26,761 nucleotides of DNA from Candidatus Micrarchaeia archaeon (GTDB lineage Archaea; Micrarchaeota; Micrarchaeia; Burarchaeales; JACRGF01), in the NCBI GenBank assembly GCA_038870455.1, contig JAWCPB010000015.1:1-26761 (forward strand), given 5' to 3'. Position 1 is the stretch's first letter; each line of letters begins with the position of its first letter. The notes beneath the pieces were generated by a model. The model saw only the letters and a list, made by a program, of their open reading frames with translations. It was not told where the DNA came from and did no database searches. A program made the position numbers and the translations under genes. Positions 8,793 to 15,488 of the stretch are shown one piece after another.

Positions 8793-8936
8793 TAGAGCGT
8801 CCGGCTCTTAACCGGTAGGTCGAGGGTTCGAACAACCCTTTTTCGGCGCTTCGAAAAAGCGTTGACGGAAAAAGGGAGAGCGCCTGCGGCGCCAACCCTT
8901 TTTCGGCGCTCCGAAAAAGCGTTGACGGAAAAAAGG
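8744..8936 (+). repeat. Three copies of a ~42-43 nt palindromic module AACCCTTTTTCGGCGCTYCGAAAAAGCGTTSAC(G)GAAAAARGG
   Basis: Copies at 8744-8785, 8834-8876 and 8894-8936 differ at only a few positions. All lie inside the two tRNA introns. Confidence 0.95.
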
Positions 8937-8944
8937 TTCAAAAA
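8833..8944 (+). other. tRNA intron 2 (112 nt, position 59/60, T-loop)
   Basis: BHB: outer T-stem, central helix UUCG(8827-30)/CAAA(8939-42) with one C-A mismatch, bulges AAC(8831-33) and AAU(8943-45), intron stem AACC.UUUUUC/GAAAAA.GGUU. Cutting after the second bulge nucleotide gives the canonical UUCGAAU loop. Confidence 0.87.
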
Positions 8945-9381
8945 TCCCTCCGGGCCCGCTTTTCTTTCTCCAAGTAGAATGAAGCCGACAGGACGAACAC
9001 CGCGGTGATGTCGAGCGCCGACAGCGCGCAGAATGGGCACGTCGCCTTTATCACGAAGAGCTGGAGATAGACGAGGTAGAGCGTGAAGGCGAAGCCTCCT
9101 GCCGCGAGAAGCAGGAGGAGGCCGCGCAGGCTCTTTTCCGGGCGCCTGCCGTTTCTCTTCAGCCTGCGAATCACGCCCGCGGTGAGCGCGATGGCCGCAT
9201 AGCCCAGCACCCCAATCACCGCAACAGGAATTCCGTAAATCTCGCTGTGGGTTCCCCTGTTGATCGTGTCGCAACTCTCGATGCCGCACGCGCTGCCGTT
9301 CGCTTGGTAGTGGTCCCAGGTGAGGTAGGCAGAAAGCAGCACGCCGCCCAGCGCGAGCAGCGTGATCGCCTCGAGCTTCAT
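8938..9381 (-). CDS. Vitamin K epoxide reductase (VKOR) family membrane protein
   Basis: Start MKLEAITLLALGGVLLSAYL at 9381. Loop cysteines C(GIES)C, SEIYGIPVAVIGVLGY, LYLVYLQLFVIKATCPFC (CxxC). The 3' end overlaps the tRNA antisense. Confidence 0.93.
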   Translation of the reverse strand: MKLEAITLLALGGVLLSAYLTWDHYQANGSACGIESCDTINRGTHSEIYGIPVAVIGVLGYAAIALTAGVIRRLKRNGRRPEKSLRGLLLLLAAGGFAFTLYLVYLQLFVIKATCPFCALSALDITAVFVLSASFYLEKEKRARRDF

Positions 9382-9402
9382 GCCAATAATTTGCGCGGGA
9401 TG

Positions 9403-9409
9403 TTTTAAA
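9403..9409. promoter_or_regulatory. Single palindromic TATA element centred between divergent VKOR and lysS starts
   Basis: TTTTAAA at 9403-9409 is ~22 nt from the lysS ATG (9431) and ~22 nt from the VKOR ATG (9381). Confidence 0.55.
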
Positions 9410-9430
9410 CAATTTGTGCAAAATACTGGC

Positions 9431-10978
9431 ATGGCCGAAAGGGAACGCGGCCACTGGGCCGAGGAGCTCGCCGGCCGCGTGCTCGCTGAGAAGAAGCCCC
9501 CGTATGTCGTCGGAAGCGGCATTACAACGAGCGGGCCGACTCACCTCGGCACGCTGTGCGAGTTCCTTTTCCCCAGCGCGGTGCACGCCTTCCTCTCCAG
9601 AACGCACCCAGCCGAATTCGTTTTCGTGGCGGACATTCTCGACGCTTTCGACAGCGTGCCGGCGGCCCTCGCGGAGCACGCGGGCGAGCTGGAGGGCGAG
9701 CTGGGCAAGCCCCTCGCGGCCGTGCCCGACCCCCTCGCCTGCCACTCCTCGCTGGGGGAGCACTTCCTGGCCGACGCGCAGGCGGCCATGGACGCTTTCG
9801 GGGTGCGGCCCGAGGTGCTGCGCGCGGACGAGCTTTATGCAAAGGGAAGGTACGACCCGTACGCGATCACTTTCCTCAACCGCCTGGAGGAGACGAAACG
9901 CATTGTCGCAGAAACCTCGCTCAAGGGCGTGCTGCCTGACTGGTGGAGCCCCCTCATGCCCATCTGCAAGGGATGCGGGCGGGTTGCGACAACGCGAGTG
10001 ACGGGCTTCAGCGTGAAGGGCGGTGACGCGGAGTATTCCTACGCGTGCGACAGGCACGATGTGAAGTACGCTCGGGGATGCGGGCGCGCCGGCACCGCGC
10101 GCATAAGCGAGCACGCGTACAAGCTGACCTGGAGGCTCGACTGGCCGGCGCGGCAGGACTTTCTCGGGGTGAGCTGCGAGGGCGCGGGCGTCGACCACAT
10201 GACGAGGGGGGGAAGCTGGGACACCGCCCGCGCCGTGCACGAGAGGATTTTCGGAAAGGCACCGCCGGTCGCCTACAAGTTCGGCTTCATCCTCTTCAAG
10301 GGAAAAAAGTACAGCAAGAGCAAGGGAACGGGCATGGGCGTGGCAGAGCTCCTGTCGCTCGTGCCGCCCGAGCTCGTCAAGTACGCGCTGTACAGGCCCG
10401 ACCTCGAGGAAAACATAGACTTCGACCCCAGCGGGTACAACCTCATGCGGCTGTACGATGAGTTCGCCGCCGCGGCGCGGCTCGTCGGAAGGCAGGGGCT
10501 CTCGAGGGCCGACAGGAAGAGGGCGATTGCTTTCTCCCTCTCCACAGACCGCCTTCGCTGGCGCGCGGGCTTTGCCGACGCGCTCCTCTACTACCAGCTG
10601 TACGGAGACTGGGCGAAGGTCGGCGCCGCGCTCGGGGACGAGCAAGGAGTTAAATACCTCTCAAAATACATTGCCAAGTGGGTTGAGGAGGGATACGCGC
10701 CAGACGAGTACGCGTTTTCCTTTTCCCCCACAAAGCCGGAGAACAGGAAGGCCGCGCTCGCCTTCGCGGCCGCGCTGGCCGATGGCATGAGCGCGCTCGA
10801 CGTCCACAATCTCGTGTTCCGCGTGGCCGCCGAGCTCGGGCTGAAGCCCGATGCGCTTTTCAAAATCCTTTACCGTGCGCTCATAGCCAAAGAGCGCGGG
10901 CCGAGGTTTGGAAAGCTCGTGGAGGCCATCGGTGTGGCGAAAGTCAAGCGAACGCTGCTCGGGCTGTGCGGTGAATGA
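9431..10978 (+). CDS. lysS: Lysyl-tRNA synthetase, class I
   Basis: Start MAERERGHWAEELA. GITTSGPTHLGT (HIGH-like), Zn knuckles CKGCG and CGRAG, KLTWRLDWPAR, EGAGVDH, KYSKSKG (KMSKS-like), RGPRFG. Confidence 0.96.
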   Translation: MAERERGHWAEELAGRVLAEKKPPYVVGSGITTSGPTHLGTLCEFLFPSAVHAFLSRTHPAEFVFVADILDAFDSVPAALAEHAGELEGELGKPLAAVPDPLACHSSLGEHFLADAQAAMDAFGVRPEVLRADELYAKGRYDPYAITFLNRLEETKRIVAETSLKGVLPDWWSPLMPICKGCGRVATTRVTGFSVKGGDAEYSYACDRHDVKYARGCGRAGTARISEHAYKLTWRLDWPARQDFLGVSCEGAGVDHMTRGGSWDTARAVHERIFGKAPPVAYKFGFILFKGKKYSKSKGTGMGVAELLSLVPPELVKYALYRPDLEENIDFDPSGYNLMRLYDEFAAAARLVGRQGLSRADRKRAIAFSLSTDRLRWRAGFADALLYYQLYGDWAKVGAALGDEQGVKYLSKYIAKWVEEGYAPDEYAFSFSPTKPENRKAALAFAAALADGMSALDVHNLVFRVAAELGLKPDALFKILYRALIAKERGPRFGKLVEAIGVAKVKRTLLGLCGE

Positions 10979-10979
10979 A

Positions 10980-11966
10980 ATGGACGTGCTGCATTATCTC
11001 GCGAAAAAAGGCGCGGTCATTGAGCGCGAGATGGTCAGGGCGATTCCTCCGAGGCGCAGGCCGTGGGAAGTGTACGGCCTCATCTGGGATTTCCTGAAGC
11101 GCGGGGGCAAGCGCTTCAGGCCAGAGCTGTGCCTCCTGTCATGCGAGGCGGTGGGCGGAAAGCGCTCCCAAGCCATGCCCGCCGCGGTCGCCATCGAGCT
11201 TTTCCACAACTTTTCTCTAATACACGACGACATCGAGGACGACAGCGCCATGAGGCGCGGCAAGCCCTGCCTGCACAGGATTTACGGCGTGCCGCTCGCC
11301 ATCAACGCGGGCGACGGCCTGTTCGTCATGGTGCTCAAGGCGCTGCAGCGCCTGCCGGAGGACAAGGCGCTCCACGCGCGCGCCATGCTGGAGAACGCCT
11401 TCATCGCAGTGCTCGAGGGACAGGGCATGGAGCTCAACTGGTACAGGAACAACAGGTGGGACGTTGGGGAGCGCGATTACCTGCGCATGGTGGCGGGAAA
11501 GACGGGCTCGCTCATAAGCGCGAGCTGCGAGGTCGGGGCGTTCCTCGGAGGCGGCCGCCCGGCGGAGGTGCGCGCGCTCAAGGAATTCGGCATGGAAATC
11601 GGCATCGCCTTTCAGATACAGGACGACGTGCTCAACCTCATCGGGACGGAGGCCAAGTACAAGAAGGAAATAGGCGGCGACATCACTGAGGGAAAGCGCT
11701 CCATCATCGTCACGAAGGCCATGGAGGTGCTGCCGAAGGAAGAGAAGGCCCGCCTCGTGGCCCTCCTCTCCTCAGGCACGCGCGACAGGAAAAGCATCAA
11801 CGAGGCGATCGAGCTGCTGCGCGGGTGCGGCGCGATAGACTACGCGAGCGCCAAGTCCCTCGCGCTCGTGAGGAGGGCGGAGCGCCGCCTGGCCGTGCTC
11901 AGGCCCTCGCCCGCAAGGGAAAGGCTCAAACAAATCGCGGACTTTTTCGTGAAGAGGGAATTCTAG
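10980..11966 (+). CDS. idsA: Short-chain isoprenyl diphosphate synthase (GGPP synthase family)
   Basis: GGKRFRP, first Asp-rich motif HDDIEDDSAMRRG, EGQGMEL, KTG, FQIQDD, GGDITEGK. GGTGA RBS precedes the ATG at 10980. Confidence 0.93.
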   Translation: MDVLHYLAKKGAVIEREMVRAIPPRRRPWEVYGLIWDFLKRGGKRFRPELCLLSCEAVGGKRSQAMPAAVAIELFHNFSLIHDDIEDDSAMRRGKPCLHRIYGVPLAINAGDGLFVMVLKALQRLPEDKALHARAMLENAFIAVLEGQGMELNWYRNNRWDVGERDYLRMVAGKTGSLISASCEVGAFLGGGRPAEVRALKEFGMEIGIAFQIQDDVLNLIGTEAKYKKEIGGDITEGKRSIIVTKAMEVLPKEEKARLVALLSSGTRDRKSINEAIELLRGCGAIDYASAKSLALVRRAERRLAVLRPSPARERLKQIADFFVKREF

Positions 11967-12847
11967 AACTTTTCTTCGTTGTCGATTCCCGCGAGCTTCG
12001 CCCTCGCTTCCTGCAGCAGAATGCCGAGCCCCCTTCCGAGGATGAAGAGCGGGGAGCGCTCGGCCCTGCTCGGCTCCTCGGCCTGCGGAAGGTGGAGAAG
12101 CCAGTCGAAGAAAGGCCCTCTCGTTGAGGGCGGCAGCTGGACGCAGAACCTCTCGCCGGCCAGGCCGGCCCTGCGGATCGCCTTCTCGGCGATTCTCTGG
12201 AACCTCACGGCCGCTCCCGGAAAGCGCTTTTTGCCCCCGATAAGCCTAACGCTCACCGTCTCAACGCCGGCCGCCGTCTCGACCCTCCTCGGCGCGTGGT
12301 TGGTCTGCGCGTACACGCTGGGAACGAGCGCGACCACTCTCGCGCTCGGCTCGCGTTTTAGGAAGTGCGCGATGACGTCGGCCATGTGCTCCTCCTTCTT
12401 CTCCCTCATCAGCGCGGTCTGGCGCCCGAACTCGCGCAGATACCCCCTCCTGATGTAGTCGGTCACCTCGAGCGCGAGCACGCGTGCCCTGCACGTCTTC
12501 TCGAAGTTCAGTCTCCGCACTTCATCGAGCAGCCTGGCGAGCGCTGCCCTGTGCTCTGGGGGAAAGGCGGCCAGAGGCGCGAGCGCGTCCTCCCTTCCCC
12601 TCCCCCTGAACGCGTACTCATCGAGCGCGCCCTGCGCGTCGCTCGGCCATGCATCGAGCGCCAGGTTAGAGAAACCAAGCCCACACAGCCCGCTCAGGTT
12701 CTCTGTGAGCTCCGCCTTTCCGGCCAGCACGTCGCGGCACTCGCCGATGAAAAGCGCCCTCGCCCGCCCGGCAATCCTCGCCCAGTCTACGGGCGCGCGC
12801 TTTTCGAGCAGAGCGTAAAACCCTTCCACTGAGGCGAAAGGCTCCAC
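11963..12847 (-). CDS. Hypothetical protein, probable degenerate ChaN/EreA/TIKI-like fold
   Basis: Motif order 'LFIGECRD', 'GFSNLALDAW...QGALDEY', 'KEEHMADVI...RVVALVP..Y' mirrors ChaN/EreA-like GExH, LALE, RD..MA and VV..G..H, but the conserved residues are substituted. The fold call is tentative. Confidence 0.55.
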   Translation of the reverse strand: MEPFASVEGFYALLEKRAPVDWARIAGRARALFIGECRDVLAGKAELTENLSGLCGLGFSNLALDAWPSDAQGALDEYAFRGRGREDALAPLAAFPPEHRAALARLLDEVRRLNFEKTCRARVLALEVTDYIRRGYLREFGRQTALMREKKEEHMADVIAHFLKREPSARVVALVPSVYAQTNHAPRRVETAAGVETVSVRLIGGKKRFPGAAVRFQRIAEKAIRRAGLAGERFCVQLPPSTRGPFFDWLLHLPQAEEPSRAERSPLFILGRGLGILLQEARAKLAGIDNEEKF

Positions 12848-12868
12848 GCGCCGATTTCGTGTTCTTGT

Positions 12869-13660
12869 TTAAATTGTTTTTCGAAGCGCCCGCGCCGCCT
12901 GCACGACCTCCTCTTCAGCTAGCTCGAGCACGCGCTTTTCCGAGAACGGCATGGATGCGAAGAGCGCCCTGGCCTCTGCCTTGCCGAGGTTCAGCTGCCT
13001 CCTCGAATCCACCACTGCGTTTATCAGCCTCTTTCTCCTGTGCTGAAAGAGCGCTCCCGCAAACTTCTCGAGCGCGGCGTCGAAAACCCGCCCTCTCGGG
13101 AGGAGCTCGACGACCGCACTCTCGACTTCAGGCATCGGCTTGAACGCAGACCTCGGCACGCGGAAGAGGATTTTCACGTCGAAATAATACTGCGAGGAGA
13201 ATGACAGGCGCGAGCGCTCCCTCTCCCCGGGCCCTGCGACCATCCTCTCCGCGAACTCGCGCTGCAGGCACAGGAGCGCGCGCTCGAACCTCCACAGCGG
13301 AAGGCGGAAGAGGATGGGTGATGAAATCGAATACGGCGTATTGGAAACAATCACATCAACCGGCTCTGGGTTCATCTCCAGGAAATCGGCGCACACGATC
13401 CGCGCGTTCGGATAGCCTGCGAGCGCGCTCTTGAGGAAAGGAAGCAGCCTCCTGTCTTTCTCGACCGCGATCACTTCCCTCGCCCGCTTTGCGAGCGGAA
13501 TGGTGAGCGCGCCCAAGCCCGCGCCTATCTCGAGAACAGCTTTTCCATCGCACGCCGCGGCCTCGGCCTCCCGCGCGGCAATCCTTTCATCAACAAGAAA
13601 ATTCTGCCCCAGGCTCTTCCTCGGCCTTGCGAGAAGCAGCGCGCTGTCGAGCGAAGCCAT
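12869..13660 (-). CDS. rsmA: 16S rRNA adenine dimethyltransferase KsgA/Dim1
   Basis: KSLGQNFL, VLEIGAGLGALT, AVEKD, SNTPYSIS, QREFAER, and F.P.PEVES. Confidence 0.96.
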   Translation of the reverse strand: MASLDSALLLARPRKSLGQNFLVDERIAAREAEAAACDGKAVLEIGAGLGALTIPLAKRAREVIAVEKDRRLLPFLKSALAGYPNARIVCADFLEMNPEPVDVIVSNTPYSISSPILFRLPLWRFERALLCLQREFAERMVAGPGERERSRLSFSSQYYFDVKILFRVPRSAFKPMPEVESAVVELLPRGRVFDAALEKFAGALFQHRRKRLINAVVDSRRQLNLGKAEARALFASMPFSEKRVLELAEEEVVQAARALRKTI

Positions 13661-14221
13661 TCACCACTCCCTTCTCTGCGGCGGGCGCGTGAGGATGTAA
13701 TACTTGCTGTCGCCCCTCAGCTCCTCCTCGATGCGCTGTACGATGAGCGTTGCGGGGTCGGGCAGGAACGGCACGCGCGCGCTGATGTCGGCAAAGTTGG
13801 CGAAAGGCTTCTTCTCCCTCTCGGACATTATGTCGTGCATGTGCTTCTTGCCCACTCCGGGAAGCAGCTCGAGCTGGTGCAGGCGTATCGTCACGGGCCC
13901 GCACTTGTTGAAGAAGTTCGTGTAATCCGCCTCCCTGCCGCGCACTATGCCGAGCAACACTCCCCGCAGCTCGCTTCTGGCCGCGCTCGTGAGCTCGTTG
14001 TACCCGATGCGCGTCTTGATGCGGTCTATCTTCTCGCGCTCGCCCTTTCCAATGTACACCCTCTCTCCAACGCGCAGGCTCGCGCCGGCCTTGGGAATGA
14101 CTTCAAGCAGCGTGAAGAAGTTCTCTCCGACGACCTGGGCGACCGGCTCCCTCCTTGTGTCCGTGGCCTTGCCGTAGGGAAGGAAATCTACCACGACGCC
14201 ATAATCCTCCATTATAGTCAT
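13661..14221 (-). CDS. DUF655 family putative nucleic-acid-binding protein
   Basis: VDFLPYG, GENFFTLLE, ERVYIGKGEREK, FFN, RLHQLELLPGVGKK. Conserved position between rpoF and ksgA. Confidence 0.92.
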   Translation of the reverse strand: MTIMEDYGVVVDFLPYGKATDTRREPVAQVVGENFFTLLEVIPKAGASLRVGERVYIGKGEREKIDRIKTRIGYNELTSAARSELRGVLLGIVRGREADYTNFFNKCGPVTIRLHQLELLPGVGKKHMHDIMSEREKKPFANFADISARVPFLPDPATLIVQRIEEELRGDSKYYILTRPPQRREW

Positions 14222-14241
14222 GCGACCGCCCCATCACATCG

Positions 14242-14577
14242 TCACCGGTACTTCTGCACTATGGACAGCACTTCCTCAATCTCCTTCTCGCCCAGCGCGT
14301 AGCGCTCTTTGGCGAAAACGAGCGCGAGCTCGACCGCATTCTTGGGCAGGAGGTCAGCTATCTTTGCCGCCGCATCGGGCGACACCCTCTCGATTCTCCC
14401 CAGCTCGGCGACGAGCTTGGCGGCCTTGTCGGCCGGCAGCCTGGCGAACTTCTGGGCGTGCTCGAGCGTTGCGGCCTGCTCGAAGCCAAGCTCGCCCTCG
14501 CCCTTTCTCTGCGCGAGGATTTCGGCCACCTCTGCCAGCGTCGCGGCCCTTGCAGCCCTGACTTCTTTTCCTATCAC
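14242..14577 (-). CDS. rpoF: DNA-directed RNA polymerase subunit F (Rpo4)
   Basis: MIGK..., TLAEVAEIL, ELGFEQ...LEHAQKF, KIADLLP...EL..VFAKER. Conserved synteny. Confidence 0.93.
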   Translation of the reverse strand: MIGKEVRAARAATLAEVAEILAQRKGEGELGFEQAATLEHAQKFARLPADKAAKLVAELGRIERVSPDAAAKIADLLPKNAVELALVFAKERYALGEKEIEEVLSIVQKYR

Positions 14578-14588
14578 TCAACTCCCCC

Positions 14589-14876
14589 TTAACTCACTCT
14601 GACGAGATGAACGCCTGGAACAACGAGGCGCTTGGCTGCCCCGCCGTCCTGAATCTCGACTATGTAAGCGCTTCCCTGCATGCCGACCACCCTACCGGTC
14701 CTGCCCCTGTACCTCGGGTGCGGCATGCCGGCGTGGCCTCCCCTGGCCTGTATGGCCACGCGCTCGCCCTGCGCGAACCGCCTGAGCAGGGCGCTCGTTC
14801 CGAGCCTCCGCGCGCTCGCCCTGCGCCTAAGGAGCCTGCTTCTCTTCGATAGCTTGCCCAATGAACGCTTCAACAA
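14589..14876 (-). CDS. rpl21e: 50S ribosomal protein eL21
   Basis: F..GERVAI, GMPHPRYRGRTGRVVG, AYIVEI.DGG..K.L.V...HL. TTG start with a GGAGG RBS. Confidence 0.95.
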   Translation of the reverse strand: MLKRSLGKLSKRSRLLRRRASARRLGTSALLRRFAQGERVAIQARGGHAGMPHPRYRGRTGRVVGMQGSAYIVEIQDGGAAKRLVVPGVHLVRVS

Positions 14877-14988
14877 AACCGCCTCCCAGAAGTTATTTTT
14901 TCAGGGGTTTGCTATTTAAAAGGATATAGTTAAATAGGTTGCGAGGGAAACATTTAAATACCGGCGAATTTTTTCCGGGGTGGTTCGT

Positions 14989-15315
14989 TTGGCTCGCAAG
15001 AAAAAACGCGGGAGAAGGGCTAGGGGAGTGTCTATCCCGAGGCCGAGGTTCAAGATAGAGAACATCGTCGCAAGCGCCAACCTGGGCATCGAGCTCGACC
15101 TGTACGCGATCGCGCAGAAGGTGCGTGACGTGGAGTACGAGCCCGAGCAGTTTCCCGGCGCCATACTCAAGCTCAAACAGCCGCGCGCCTCGCTGCTGCT
15201 GTTCAAGAACGGCAAAGTCATCTGCACGGGCAGCAAGAGCGAGGCCGAGGTCAAGCAGGCGCTCGACCAGGCCGTGCGCATGCTGGCGCTGCACGTGGTG
15301 CGGAAAAAGAAGTAA
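14989..15315 (+). CDS. Single-repeat (half-size) TATA-binding protein homolog with basic N-terminal tail
   Basis: One complete TBP repeat: IENIVASANLGIELDL...EYEPEQFPGAILKLKQPRASLLLFKNGKVICTGSKS, then stop. Probable start is TTG at 14989 (GGGGTGG RBS) or GTG at 14980. TTTAAATA lies at 14953-14960. Confidence 0.92.
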   Translation: MARKKKRGRRARGVSIPRPRFKIENIVASANLGIELDLYAIAQKVRDVEYEPEQFPGAILKLKQPRASLLLFKNGKVICTGSKSEAEVKQALDQAVRMLALHVVRKKK

Positions 15316-15342
15316 TTTAAACTCCGCCTGTGCAATATGTTC

Positions 15343-15458
15343 GGTCAGCGGCCACAGGAGAGGGGTCAGACCCGAACCCATTCCGAACTCGGCAGTGAAT
15401 CCCTCTCACGACGTTGCCTGTACTGCCCTACGGCGGGAAAGCGCGTTGCTGCTGGCCA
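15343..15458 (+). rRNA. rrf: 5S ribosomal RNA (stand-alone)
   Basis: Terminal helix GGTCAGCGGC/GCTGCTGGCC, helix II GAGAGGG/CCCTCTC, conserved CCCATTCCGAAC loop, GTACTG...GGGAAA loop E region. TTTAAA at 15316-15321 lies upstream. Ends are approximate. Confidence 0.9.
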
Positions 15459-15488
15459 CTATCAGAACCAATCGATGACTTCGTCGGC

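Larger units (their letters stand above)
8724..8958 (+). tRNA. tRNA-Lys(CUU) with two non-canonical introns; exons 8724-8743, 8793-8832, 8945-8958
   Basis: Spliced product GGGCCCG UA GCUC AGCUCGG|UA GAGC G UCCGG CUCUUAA CCGGU AGGUC GAGGG UUCGAA|U CCCUC CGGGCCC G folds into a cloverleaf: acceptor 7/7 bp, D stem 4/4, anticodon CTT at 8807-8809, T stem 5/5, discriminator G. CCA is not encoded. TTTAAG at 8701 lies upstream and a T-rich tract downstream. Confidence 0.95.

Noticed and set aside
8744-8936. Three palindromic direct repeats resembling a mini CRISPR array
   Set aside because: The 'spacers' are 48 and 17 nt, the first is mostly a tRNA exon, there are no cas genes or leader in the window, and the repeats are fully explained as intron bodies.
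8833-8944. Intron-encoded box C/D guide RNA (as in archaeal tRNA-Trp introns)
   Set aside because: No RUGAUGA box C or CUGA box D in either intron.
8724-8958. tRNA as an integration site (attL/attR) or a tRNA pseudogene disrupted by insertions
   Set aside because: There is no duplicated tRNA end and no integrase, all stems are intact, and both insertions have correct BHB splice geometry.
8735-10645. 636-aa minus-strand ORF with a repeated FSVNAFSERRKRV peptide
   Set aside because: Shadow ORF antisense to lysS and the tRNA. The peptide repeat is just the translated intron module.
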